Shown here: positions 36,143 to 43,785 of the stretch, one piece after another | How the letters are laid out: each line of letters begins with the position of its first letter | How positions within the stretch are numbered: the stretch's first letter is position 1 | NCBI GenBank assembly: GCA_002084875.1 | Contig: NBMH01000005.1 | Coordinates: forward strand, 27,284-91,283 | Direction of reading: 5' to 3' | DNA: 64,000 nucleotides | Source of the DNA: Anaerolineaceae bacterium 4572_78 | GTDB lineage: Bacteria; Chloroflexota; Anaerolineae; 4572-78 | Notes under the pieces: generated by a model | Database searches by the model: none | The model's input: only the letters and a program-made list of their open reading frames with translations | What the model was told of the DNA's origin: nothing | Made by a program: the position numbers and the translations under genes

Positions 36143-38344
36143 GTGCTGAATGATTCCAGTGGTGTTACCATTGAGATTGAAGGTACACAAGATGCTATTG
36201 ATAATCTCATTGACCATTTAGTAACAAAACCACCTCCATTAGCGACTATTGATGAAATCACTTTAATACGTGCTAATGAGTCAAAAGGAGAATACACCGA
36301 ATTTAAGATTAAACATAGCGATGCTAATGCAGAACGTGAGGCATTAATCTCACCTGATACTAATGTTTGTCCTGCTTGTTTAGAAGAATTATTCGACTCT
36401 ACTAATCGTCGTTATCGATATCCGTTTATTAATTGTACTGATTGTGGTCCCCGTTACACCATAATTAAAGACATTCCCTACGACCGCCCATTAACAACAA
36501 TGAATGTTTTTCCCATGTGTGAGGAATGTTACATGGAATATGACGACCCATCTAATCGGCGTTTTCATGCTCAGCCTAATGCTTGCTGGACATGTGGTCC
36601 GATGGTGCAGTTGTTGAATAATGACGGAAAATTAATAGAGGTTGAAGACCCAATTGAAGAAACAGTCAACCTATTAAAACAGGGAAAAATTATCGCAGTC
36701 AAAGGCTTAGGGGGCTATCATTTGATGGTTGACCCCATGAACGATACCGCTATTGCCAACTTACGCCAACGAAAAAAACGTGAATGTAAGCCATTTGCTT
36801 TAATGTCTGAAACCATTGAACAGATTAAGAAATATGCCCATGTAAATGAGGCAGAAGAAAAATTACTACTAGGGGTCGAGCGTCCTATTGTTTTGTTACA
36901 AAAGCGACCGTTTAAAAATATTTCGTCCTTAATCGCTCCTAAAAACCAAGATTATGGGGTCATGTTAGCCTACACACCCTTACATTATTTATTGTTGCGT
37001 GATAATTTCATGGCACTTATTGCTACCAGTGCCAATATCACCGATGAGCCGATTGCTTACAAAGATACAGATGCTACAAAACGATTACAGAAAATCACCG
37101 ATTATTTTTTGATTCATAATCGTGAAATTCATATCCGAGCAGATGACTCAATCGTTCGCCATGTGCCGAACTTAAAACCATCGCATCAGACAAGTATCAT
37201 TCGTAGAGCAAGGGGGTATGTACCTCGTGCTGTGATGGGCAAAGAGGCATTTCCGAGCGTGTTGGCACTTGGAGCAGAACTGAAAAATACGATATGCCTT
37301 AATAAAGGAAACAAATTTTTTCTTAGTCAGCATATTGGTGATTTGAAGAACCTGCCTGTTTTTAATTCGATGAAGGAGATGATAATTCACCTATCGAACA
37401 TTTTGACAATTGAGCCTGAATATCTAGTTTGTGACCTGCACCCTGATTTTTTAAGTACTCGTTATGCCTTTGAACAGAAAAAATTACCCGCCATGCAGGT
37501 TCAACATCACCATGCCCACATGGCATCATGCATGTACGAAAATGGTCTAAGCACGATTGCCATTGGGGTTGTTTTTGATGGCGTGGGCTACGGTTCTGAT
37601 GGCAAGGCTTGGGGAGGTGAGTTTCTTGTTGGTGATTATCATGATTTTGAACGTGTGGCACATTTTCAGTATTTCAAGTTGTTAGGGGGAGATAAAGCGG
37701 TTAAAGAACCTTATCGAATAGCATTAGCATTTTTATACGATATTTATGGTTATGACCTAACGGAATTACCAATAAGCGTTGTAACCAATCGAGCCGACCC
37801 CGCTTTGTATATCCTATTGAAGATGGCTGAAAAAAATATCAACGCTCCCTTAACTTCAAGTGTGGGACGCATTTTCGATGCTGTTTCAGCTTTAATTGAT
37901 GTTCGTGGGCTTGTCGAATATGAAGCTCAAGCCGCCATTGAATTGGAGCATGCCATTCCGCATGGAGTAGCCATAGCTCAAACTCTGCCCTATCACATTC
38001 ATGATGATAATGGTGTTTGGCAGATTGATATTCATCCCATGATTCAACGTATTGTTGAGTCTATCCAAGTTAGAAAAGGCATGCAAAATATTCTTAGTTT
38101 GCAATTTCATCAAACGATTGTAAAAATTGTAGCTGATATTTGCCAACGGATTCGGGATGCAAGAGGAATAAATGATGTTGTTTTAAGTGGGGGCGTTTTT
38201 CTAAATCAATTTATCTTAATTAATTGCTATGAAAACTTGACTAAATTGGGTTTTAAGGTATATACTCATACGAAAGTACCCGCTACAGATGGTGGTCTTT
38301 CATTGGGACAGGCTGTCATTGCGGGATATAAGATTAGAAATTAG
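36143..38344 (+). CDS. hypF: [NiFe]-hydrogenase maturation carbamoyltransferase HypF
   Basis: 733 aa from GTG 36143. Two zinc-finger pairs, CPACLEEL..CTDCGPRYT and CEECYMEY..CWTCGP, a YrdC-like GLGGYHLMVD segment and a Kae1-like C-terminal half. The acylphosphatase motif GIVQGVGFRPFVYRLA is encoded in frame upstream (36071-36142), where there is no canonical start. Confidence 0.93.
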   Translation: MLNDSSGVTIEIEGTQDAIDNLIDHLVTKPPPLATIDEITLIRANESKGEYTEFKIKHSDANAEREALISPDTNVCPACLEELFDSTNRRYRYPFINCTDCGPRYTIIKDIPYDRPLTTMNVFPMCEECYMEYDDPSNRRFHAQPNACWTCGPMVQLLNNDGKLIEVEDPIEETVNLLKQGKIIAVKGLGGYHLMVDPMNDTAIANLRQRKKRECKPFALMSETIEQIKKYAHVNEAEEKLLLGVERPIVLLQKRPFKNISSLIAPKNQDYGVMLAYTPLHYLLLRDNFMALIATSANITDEPIAYKDTDATKRLQKITDYFLIHNREIHIRADDSIVRHVPNLKPSHQTSIIRRARGYVPRAVMGKEAFPSVLALGAELKNTICLNKGNKFFLSQHIGDLKNLPVFNSMKEMIIHLSNILTIEPEYLVCDLHPDFLSTRYAFEQKKLPAMQVQHHHAHMASCMYENGLSTIAIGVVFDGVGYGSDGKAWGGEFLVGDYHDFERVAHFQYFKLLGGDKAVKEPYRIALAFLYDIYGYDLTELPISVVTNRADPALYILLKMAEKNINAPLTSSVGRIFDAVSALIDVRGLVEYEAQAAIELEHAIPHGVAIAQTLPYHIHDDNGVWQIDIHPMIQRIVESIQVRKGMQNILSLQFHQTIVKIVADICQRIRDARGINDVVLSGGVFLNQFILINCYENLTKLGFKVYTHTKVPATDGGLSLGQAVIAGYKIRN

Positions 38345-38361
38345 GAGTTGGTAAGTATGTT

Positions 38362-38394
38362 AGAAATTCAATTTTTCCAAAAGATTGAATTTCT
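38362..38394. repeat. R5 hairpin (11-bp perfect stem AGAAATTCAAT/ATTGAATTTCT, 11-nt loop), the 'empty' form
   Basis: It lies 18 nt after the hypF stop. A second copy at 52625-52716 carries an R1 core in its loop. Confidence 0.85.
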
Positions 38395-38435
38395 ACAGCA
38401 TAGATTGGTCGCGGTAAAGAAATCTGTCATGGTTA

Positions 38436-38469
38436 AAACAAGAAAGGTTTTTAAAAACCTTTCTTGTTT
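38436..38469. repeat. R2a perfect 34-nt palindrome AAACAAGAAAGGTTTTTAAAAACCTTTCTTGTTT
   Basis: 17+17 nt with no spacer. It lies in the hypF-hydrolase intergenic region. Confidence 0.9.
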
Positions 38470-38506
38470 GACGGTTATATCGTATAAATTCAAAGGAGAA
38501 AATATT

Positions 38507-39085
38507 ATGAAACGTTGTGCAATTGTTACTGCTGATTTACAGAATGCAGCCGCAAATAAACATGCGGCTCGCATAAAAGCTGTAGAAGCCTTTTTACCTG
38601 AACATACAGAATTTTTGAATAAGATGCGTGCAAAAGGAATCCCGGTTGTTCACTTACAGCAAATTTACGATCCTAATGACCCACGTAAGTATAAACATAC
38701 GGACTATGACAAGAAATTTATTGAGGGCAGTCATGAGGCTGCAATTCTGGATGAGGTCTGTCAAGAATCAGATATTATCGTTCAGAAACATCGAGATAGT
38801 GGTTTTTATGATAACAACCTCCATGATGTATTGCAAGCAATGAATGTAGAGGTCGTTATCTTAACGGGCATGCAATCTCAAATATGTGTCCAAACGACGG
38901 CGGCAGATGCCACATTTCGAGGATATGAGGTACTTGTTCCTTCTGATGGTGTGTCAGCTACTAAACCAGAAGACACAGAACGTGCCTTAGACTGGATGCA
39001 AAAATATGTAGGTACAGTCAAAACACAAAAAGAAATTTATGATGATGTACTCGCAGGTGAATTGATAGGCGGAAAACATACATGA
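38507..39085 (+). CDS. Isochorismatase-family cysteine hydrolase
   Basis: The track ORF starts at 38348, inside repeat hairpins. ATG 38507 has AAGGAG at 38493-38498. The candidate catalytic triad is present: D in AIVTADLQN, K in VQKHRDSGFY and C in LTGMQSQICVQTTAADA. Its stop overlaps the hypE start (ATGA at 39082-39085). Confidence 0.8.
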   Translation: MKRCAIVTADLQNAAANKHAARIKAVEAFLPEHTEFLNKMRAKGIPVVHLQQIYDPNDPRKYKHTDYDKKFIEGSHEAAILDEVCQESDIIVQKHRDSGFYDNNLHDVLQAMNVEVVILTGMQSQICVQTTAADATFRGYEVLVPSDGVSATKPEDTERALDWMQKYVGTVKTQKEIYDDVLAGELIGGKHT

Positions 39086-40110
39086 AAATGACAAAAGATA
39101 TTGGTCGTATCGTTCTTGACCATGGTACAGGGGGCTTGTTAAGTGAAGATTTGATTTCCTCTATTATCATTCCTCGTCTTGGAAGCGTATCAACAGGGGA
39201 ATTGGCCGATAGTGCAGTTCTTGATATGCATGGCAAAAAGATTGCGGTTACGACTGACTCATTTTCAATTGACCCCATATTTTTTGGTAACGGTAATATT
39301 GGTAAAGTGTCCGTGTGTGGCACCATTAATGATTTGGCGGTTAGTGGTGCCACGCCATTGTATTTGACTTTAGCATTTATTATTGAGGAAGATTTCCCGC
39401 TTGCTGACTTTGAACAAATTTTAGATTCTGTTCGTGAAGCGGCACAGGAAGCACAAGTACATATTGTTGCTGGGGATACGAAGGTTGTTGGGTTAGGGGA
39501 GGCAGATAAAATTTTTGTCAATACGACAGGGATTGGTTATTTTAAGCATGGGCGAACACATATCTCGCCACGCAATATTCGCAAAAATGATAATATCATC
39601 GTTACTGGTTTGTTGGGCAATCATAGTATTCATATTCTTTCTATTCGAGAAGGGCTTGGGTTTGAATCGCGAGTTTTAAGTGATTGTGCTCCCTTAAATG
39701 GCATGATTGCTCAAGTGCTTGAAGACCATGCTCCTGATATTCATTTTATGCGGGATTTGACACGAGGTGGATTGGGGAGTGTCTTAAGTGAAGTTGTTGC
39801 TTTATCGGGATTAGGTGTTGAAATTACAATGGATAAACTTCCAATGCAATATGAGATGAAAATGGCAGCCGACATGTTAGGTATTAACCCTATTTATCTA
39901 GCAAATGAAGGGAATATCAGCATGTTTGTTTCACCTAAAGCCACTAATGATATTCTTAACAAAATTAGACAGCATCCTTATGGTAAACATGCTTCTGTTG
40001 TGGGGCATGTAACAGATGACTTAATTAAAAGAGTTATTGGATTGGGTGATGATGGACAAATCACCATTATTGAACCGTTGTATGGTCGAGAACTGCCACG
40101 CTTATGCTGA
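39082..40110 (+). CDS. hypE: Hydrogenase maturation protein HypE (PurM-like, C-terminal Cys carrier)
   Basis: 342 aa with a PurM/AIR-synthase-like fold signature (..DSAVLD.., ..VCGTINDLAVSGATPLYL.., ..IVAGDTKVV..). It ends ..GRELPRLC*, which is the HypE PR[IL]C terminal cysteine. Confidence 0.9.
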   Translation: MKMTKDIGRIVLDHGTGGLLSEDLISSIIIPRLGSVSTGELADSAVLDMHGKKIAVTTDSFSIDPIFFGNGNIGKVSVCGTINDLAVSGATPLYLTLAFIIEEDFPLADFEQILDSVREAAQEAQVHIVAGDTKVVGLGEADKIFVNTTGIGYFKHGRTHISPRNIRKNDNIIVTGLLGNHSIHILSIREGLGFESRVLSDCAPLNGMIAQVLEDHAPDIHFMRDLTRGGLGSVLSEVVALSGLGVEITMDKLPMQYEMKMAADMLGINPIYLANEGNISMFVSPKATNDILNKIRQHPYGKHASVVGHVTDDLIKRVIGLGDDGQITIIEPLYGRELPRLC

Positions 40111-40185
40111 CTCTTTTTAGGCTTTTTGGGAATTAAAATAGAATTAGGAATGTAATGGCTTTGTAACCATTCACACACCACCCGA

Positions 40186-40334
40186 GGGCTGTTTAATGCA
40201 CATGGCTTGGGAGATTTTTCGATATGATTTTCAATCACATGGTCGCACAATGGAGCGAAAAGGCTTGCTTTTTCATGTCAAAACAAGCTTTGACGCTCCA
40301 ATTTATCTTGTCAAAAAATAGCATTGAACAGCCC
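40186..40334. mobile_element. Most complete MITE-like unit: TIR-like ends flanking a full R1 core with both arms
   Basis: GGGCTGTTTAATGCA (40186-40200) and TAGCATTGAACAGCCC (40319-40334) are inverted. Inside are CACATGGTCGCACAATGGAGCGAAAAGGCTTGCTTTTTCATGTCAAAACAAGCTTTGACGCTCCAATTTATCTTGTCAAAAAA. It has no coding capacity. Confidence 0.5.
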
Positions 40335-40493
40335 TATCATGTGACTGACCTAGAACTGACTCCTTGGGAAAGTCCCTTGTGGAAAATTGAGGATTGGCGA
40401 CCGAAGTAGAATCGCGGAGCACAATAGCTTTAGCTAGTGCATGCAAAGAATATAACCGTTCGCCCTTCCCAAAAATGAAATACACTCTAGTAT

Positions 40494-40532
40494 TTGCTTC
40501 AAATCGCAATTTATGTTAAAGTAAATCGCAAT
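40494..40532 (+). promoter_or_regulatory. Candidate promoter TTGCTT-17 nt-TAAAGT with two direct AAATCGCAAT repeats
   Basis: TTGCTT at 40494-40499 and TAAAGT at 40517-40522. AAATCGCAAT occurs at 40501-40510 (inside the spacer) and again at 40523-40532 (just after the -10 element), 22 nt apart. Confidence 0.3.
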
Positions 40533-40587
40533 CTGTCAACCACCAAACCCTAAAGGGATTGGGTTTTACGGACTTTTTTCATAATCA

Positions 40588-40603
40588 ATTACCAATTGGT
40601 AAT
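40588..40603. promoter_or_regulatory. Perfect 16-nt palindrome ATTACCAATTGGTAAT, 12 nt upstream of the GTPase ATG
   Basis: Read directly from the sequence. It occupies the position where an SD would be expected, and no SD is visible. Confidence 0.35.
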
Positions 40604-40614
40604 TTAAACGCCTT

Positions 40615-41127
40615 ATGTTAATTCAAAAAAAGATATGCTTACTTGGTGACTTTTCTGTTGGCAAAACCAGTCTGGTTCGCCGCTTTGTGGAAGGTGAATT
40701 TGACGACAAATACCTAAGCACACTAGGGGCAAAAGTCAATCGCAAAACCCTAAATTATCAGCATGAGCAACCCACCGAATTAAAATTATTAATTTGGGAC
40801 ATTGCTGGGGGGGAAAAATTTGATATGATGATGCGTAGTTATTATAATGGCTCCAGTGGTGCTATTTTGATTTGTGATTTGACACGTCCAGAAACATTAG
40901 ATTCTTTAGATAAATACATTCATAATTTCTGGAATATCAACCCAGATACCCCTTTTGTCATAGCAGGCAACAAAGCTGATCTAATTGAAGATAATGCCGC
41001 TACCATGAAGGAGTTAGATAAAATAGCTACCCAAAATCAGATGGCTTATTTTATTACCAGTGCTAAAACAGGTCAAAATGTTGAATCACTATTTCATCGT
41101 TTGGGGGAATTACTCTTATCGAATTAA
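40615..41127 (+). CDS. Ras/Rab-like small GTPase
   Basis: 170 aa with all five G motifs: G1 GDFSVGKT, G2 STLG, G3 WDIAGGE, G4 NKADL, G5 SAK. Gly replaces the Ras Gln61-equivalent residue in G3. Confidence 0.85.
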   Translation: MLIQKKICLLGDFSVGKTSLVRRFVEGEFDDKYLSTLGAKVNRKTLNYQHEQPTELKLLIWDIAGGEKFDMMMRSYYNGSSGAILICDLTRPETLDSLDKYIHNFWNINPDTPFVIAGNKADLIEDNAATMKELDKIATQNQMAYFITSAKTGQNVESLFHRLGELLLSN

Positions 41128-41143
41128 GACCTATATTCAATAG

Positions 41144-41181
41144 TTGTTCATGCCTGACAGGGTTTGAACAACCTGTCTGGC
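41144..41181. repeat. Degenerate R2b-like palindrome with alternative stems after the GTPase stop
   Basis: GTTGTTCA/TGAACAAC and GCCTGACAGG/CCTGTCTGGC pairings. It lies 17 nt after the stop codon at 41125-41127. Confidence 0.6.
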
Positions 41182-41222
41182 TGCTACAAAAATTACTTTA
41201 CCTGTAACATTAGGAGGTACTC

Positions 41223-41972
41223 ATGACTAATTCAAAAAATCTCTCTATCAATGATTATTCATCTTCTCCTGTAGAGAATACAGAAAATCAATCTGGTGCA
41301 GATGATACTGAATTGGAACGCGTTCGCGAAATTATTTTTGGACCCGATACACTCAAGCAACGTTTTCTTAAACCAGAAACTGACCGCTTGAGGGACATCC
41401 TTTTTGGCACTCACATGGAGGAATACGAGCGTCAATTTAGTGATAATCAACGAGACATAGAACGTCTAACAGCCGATTTACGTCATGTCCAAGATGGTAT
41501 TGCTGATTTTGAAAAATCTCAGATGCGACGTTTAGAATCTTTAGAACGTGAGATTCGTAAATTTAGTACGGAGTTGCGTCGCCAAACAAAGCAAATTCGT
41601 GCTCAGCAATCAACATCACAACAACTTATGAATCGGACTCATCAGCAAGAGTTACTTGCTCAACGAATAGAAGAACAGCAAAAAGAACATGACTCAATGC
41701 TGGTTCAACAAGAACAAAGTTTGCGAGAAGCTCAAGAAAAAATTGAATCATATCGTGACCAACACGAACGCAAACTGAATACTGTCAAGGGTGAGCTACG
41801 CCAAACCGAAGATAAATTATATAAGGAATTACGTCGCTTTACAGACCGTATTAACACCCAAAAACCCGACCGTAAAACATTAGCGGCAATGTTTATGGAA
41901 ATTGCCACTCGCCTGGAAACAGGTAGCAGTGTGATGAATTTATTAGAAGGTTTGGAAGCACCATCAGAGTAA
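41223..41972 (+). CDS. Coiled-coil protein of unknown function
   Basis: 249 aa with a strong RBS (AGGAGG, 41213-41218). The N-terminus has a duplicated motif, LERVREIIFGP and RLRDILFGT. This is followed by about 170 aa of R/E/Q-rich heptad-like sequence. Confidence 0.6.
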   Translation: MTNSKNLSINDYSSSPVENTENQSGADDTELERVREIIFGPDTLKQRFLKPETDRLRDILFGTHMEEYERQFSDNQRDIERLTADLRHVQDGIADFEKSQMRRLESLEREIRKFSTELRRQTKQIRAQQSTSQQLMNRTHQQELLAQRIEEQQKEHDSMLVQQEQSLREAQEKIESYRDQHERKLNTVKGELRQTEDKLYKELRRFTDRINTQKPDRKTLAAMFMEIATRLETGSSVMNLLEGLEAPSE

Positions 41973-42001
41973 GAGGAGTTTTGAGTTGTATTCACTGTTA
42001 G

Positions 42002-42082
42002 CCCCCCCCCCCACCCCAGCCCTCTCCCAGAGGGAGAGGGAGTCCCCAGTTACTCCCCCACCCCCAGTGGGGAGAGGGAGTA
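42002..42082. terminator. C11 homopolymer followed by two GC-rich R3 hairpins between convergent genes
   Basis: The C-run is at 42002-42012. Hairpin 1 is CCCTCTCCC aga GGGAGAGGG (42020-42040, perfect 9-bp stem). Hairpin 2 is TACTCCCCCACCCC agt GGGGAGAGGGAGTA (42051-42082, imperfect). Confidence 0.45.
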
Positions 42083-42112
42083 AAATGAGGAGGGGGTCGC
42101 AAAGCTCAAGAC

Positions 42113-43747
42113 TCACCCAACTAACAAAGCTGCCTTTGCCAACCACTGCAATTGAATATCTAATTCCATGCTTAAGATTTTTTGTTGTGTGTCACAATCG
42201 CTGATGTGTTCCCCATGACTGCTAATTTTCAAACCACCTTTAGTTGTCCACTCAATCAGTTTATCTAATAATTGAACCTTAGTTTGAGTGCCATCGAGAT
42301 GCGATAGCACCGAACGTGTAATTTCATCTAGGCTAACCCGTTCATGATACAAATTTGTCACTTCATTGCTGTGGGTAACTTGGAAACGAGCTAGGCGGCT
42401 TGCTAGCGGACGCTGACTAATTTTTGTGGTCGGTTTGGGCGGAGCCATGAACAAATTAACCAAATTGCCGCCGTAAGTATACCCCTGTAAAAGAGTTTGC
42501 CCTAAAACCATAGCTTCCAAATTTGGGTCTTCCATCCAAACTGAACGCGGCACCATGCTACGAGCAATGTTAAACAGTTCGCGAAAATGAGCAGTTTGGG
42601 GGCAAATCTGATGCAGATATGACATAGCCGCTTTGCTCACGGGATGGTCAGTAGAAAGGGTAGCTCCTTCGACACTTTGAAACCGCTCCACAGAGACAAT
42701 TTCAATGTTAGGTTTATCGGAAACAGGTTTTGCTCGTGAGGCAAAATGAAGATTGACAAGGCGGGCAGGATTTAAGACTCGTGTAATTTGAGATTTGGCA
42801 TGGCATAACAATGTCTGCCGAAACATGCGATTAAGCAGGTAGTCCATGTACTGCTCCATTTCAATCAAATCCGTTGCCATGTGCCGTAGATTTTCTTGGA
42901 CATGCGGAGGAAATTTATTAGGCATGATGGTTGAAAAGTTTGCTTCTGCCAAATATTGCAAACCATGTTGAGCGGCATGTTCTACGAATTGATGAAAATG
43001 AACAGGGTTATTAAATTCGGCGATTTCGTCATGGAGGAGAAGCGTATCTTTTTTGTCACCTACTCGTTCCAATTGATGTTGTAAAAAGTTAAGGTATGGC
43101 TTGAGAAAATCAGCATAGCCCTTGTGGTCGGTAGGCAATGATTGAATTAAAAAATCAAGGGCAGCACGAGCTTTTTTGGCACGGACAAGCGGCTCCGTAT
43201 CATTACGACTGTGATATAACATCAAATCACGACTAATGTTGAGCATGTGCCAGCCAGGGTAGGTGTTATAACTGATGTATGCCACACCGTTTTGGGCAAG
43301 ATTTGCTTTACAAATAGCCATGACTTTATCACGCACCTGAGACGGTGTCCATGAATAAATCCCGTGGGCAATGATATAATCAAACTCGCCAAAATCTGAT
43401 GTAATATCCAAAATATCCATCGTTTTTAAGGTGATATTCTCAAGCCCAAGAGCCTCGATTGTTGTGCGTCCTATTTCGATTTGATTCGAGGCAAAATCAA
43501 TGCCAATGATTTGACTGTCGGGAATGGTGCATGCCATTGGTATAATATTGCCGCCAATGGCACAACCGAGTTCTAAAAGACGACAATTATCTACATGAGG
43601 AGGCTCTAATCCTAATAAAATTGCAATTGTTGCAAGCTGATTAGGATGGGTTTGGGCAAAGGCTAAACTTGGATAAGGTATATCCTGATATAGTTTTAAG
43701 AGGGCATGTTTTGTCATTGTTTGTTTATATTTTGTTTGGAGTGCCAA
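42113..43747 (-). CDS. Class I SAM-dependent methyltransferase with a C-terminal methyltransferase-regulatory-type domain
   Basis: 544 aa. ..PYPSLAFAQTHPNQLATIAILLGLEPPHVDNCRLLELGCAIGGNIIPMA..IIGIDFASNQI.. (SAM motif I). The long C-terminal domain is typical of the MethyTransf_Reg architecture. It has a TTG start, with an alternative ATG at 43717. Confidence 0.7.
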   Translation of the reverse strand: MALQTKYKQTMTKHALLKLYQDIPYPSLAFAQTHPNQLATIAILLGLEPPHVDNCRLLELGCAIGGNIIPMACTIPDSQIIGIDFASNQIEIGRTTIEALGLENITLKTMDILDITSDFGEFDYIIAHGIYSWTPSQVRDKVMAICKANLAQNGVAYISYNTYPGWHMLNISRDLMLYHSRNDTEPLVRAKKARAALDFLIQSLPTDHKGYADFLKPYLNFLQHQLERVGDKKDTLLLHDEIAEFNNPVHFHQFVEHAAQHGLQYLAEANFSTIMPNKFPPHVQENLRHMATDLIEMEQYMDYLLNRMFRQTLLCHAKSQITRVLNPARLVNLHFASRAKPVSDKPNIEIVSVERFQSVEGATLSTDHPVSKAAMSYLHQICPQTAHFRELFNIARSMVPRSVWMEDPNLEAMVLGQTLLQGYTYGGNLVNLFMAPPKPTTKISQRPLASRLARFQVTHSNEVTNLYHERVSLDEITRSVLSHLDGTQTKVQLLDKLIEWTTKGGLKISSHGEHISDCDTQQKILSMELDIQLQWLAKAALLVG

Positions 43748-43785
43748 AGGCGAACTTTGTCATGGCAGTCCTTGATTTGACGTTC

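Noticed and set aside
40541-40580. The AAACCC..GGGTTT hairpin followed by TACGGACTTTTTT, as a terminator upstream of the GTPase gene.
   Set aside because: The stem is only 6 bp, the loop is 10 nt, and the T-run is separated from the stem. This is too weak to call.
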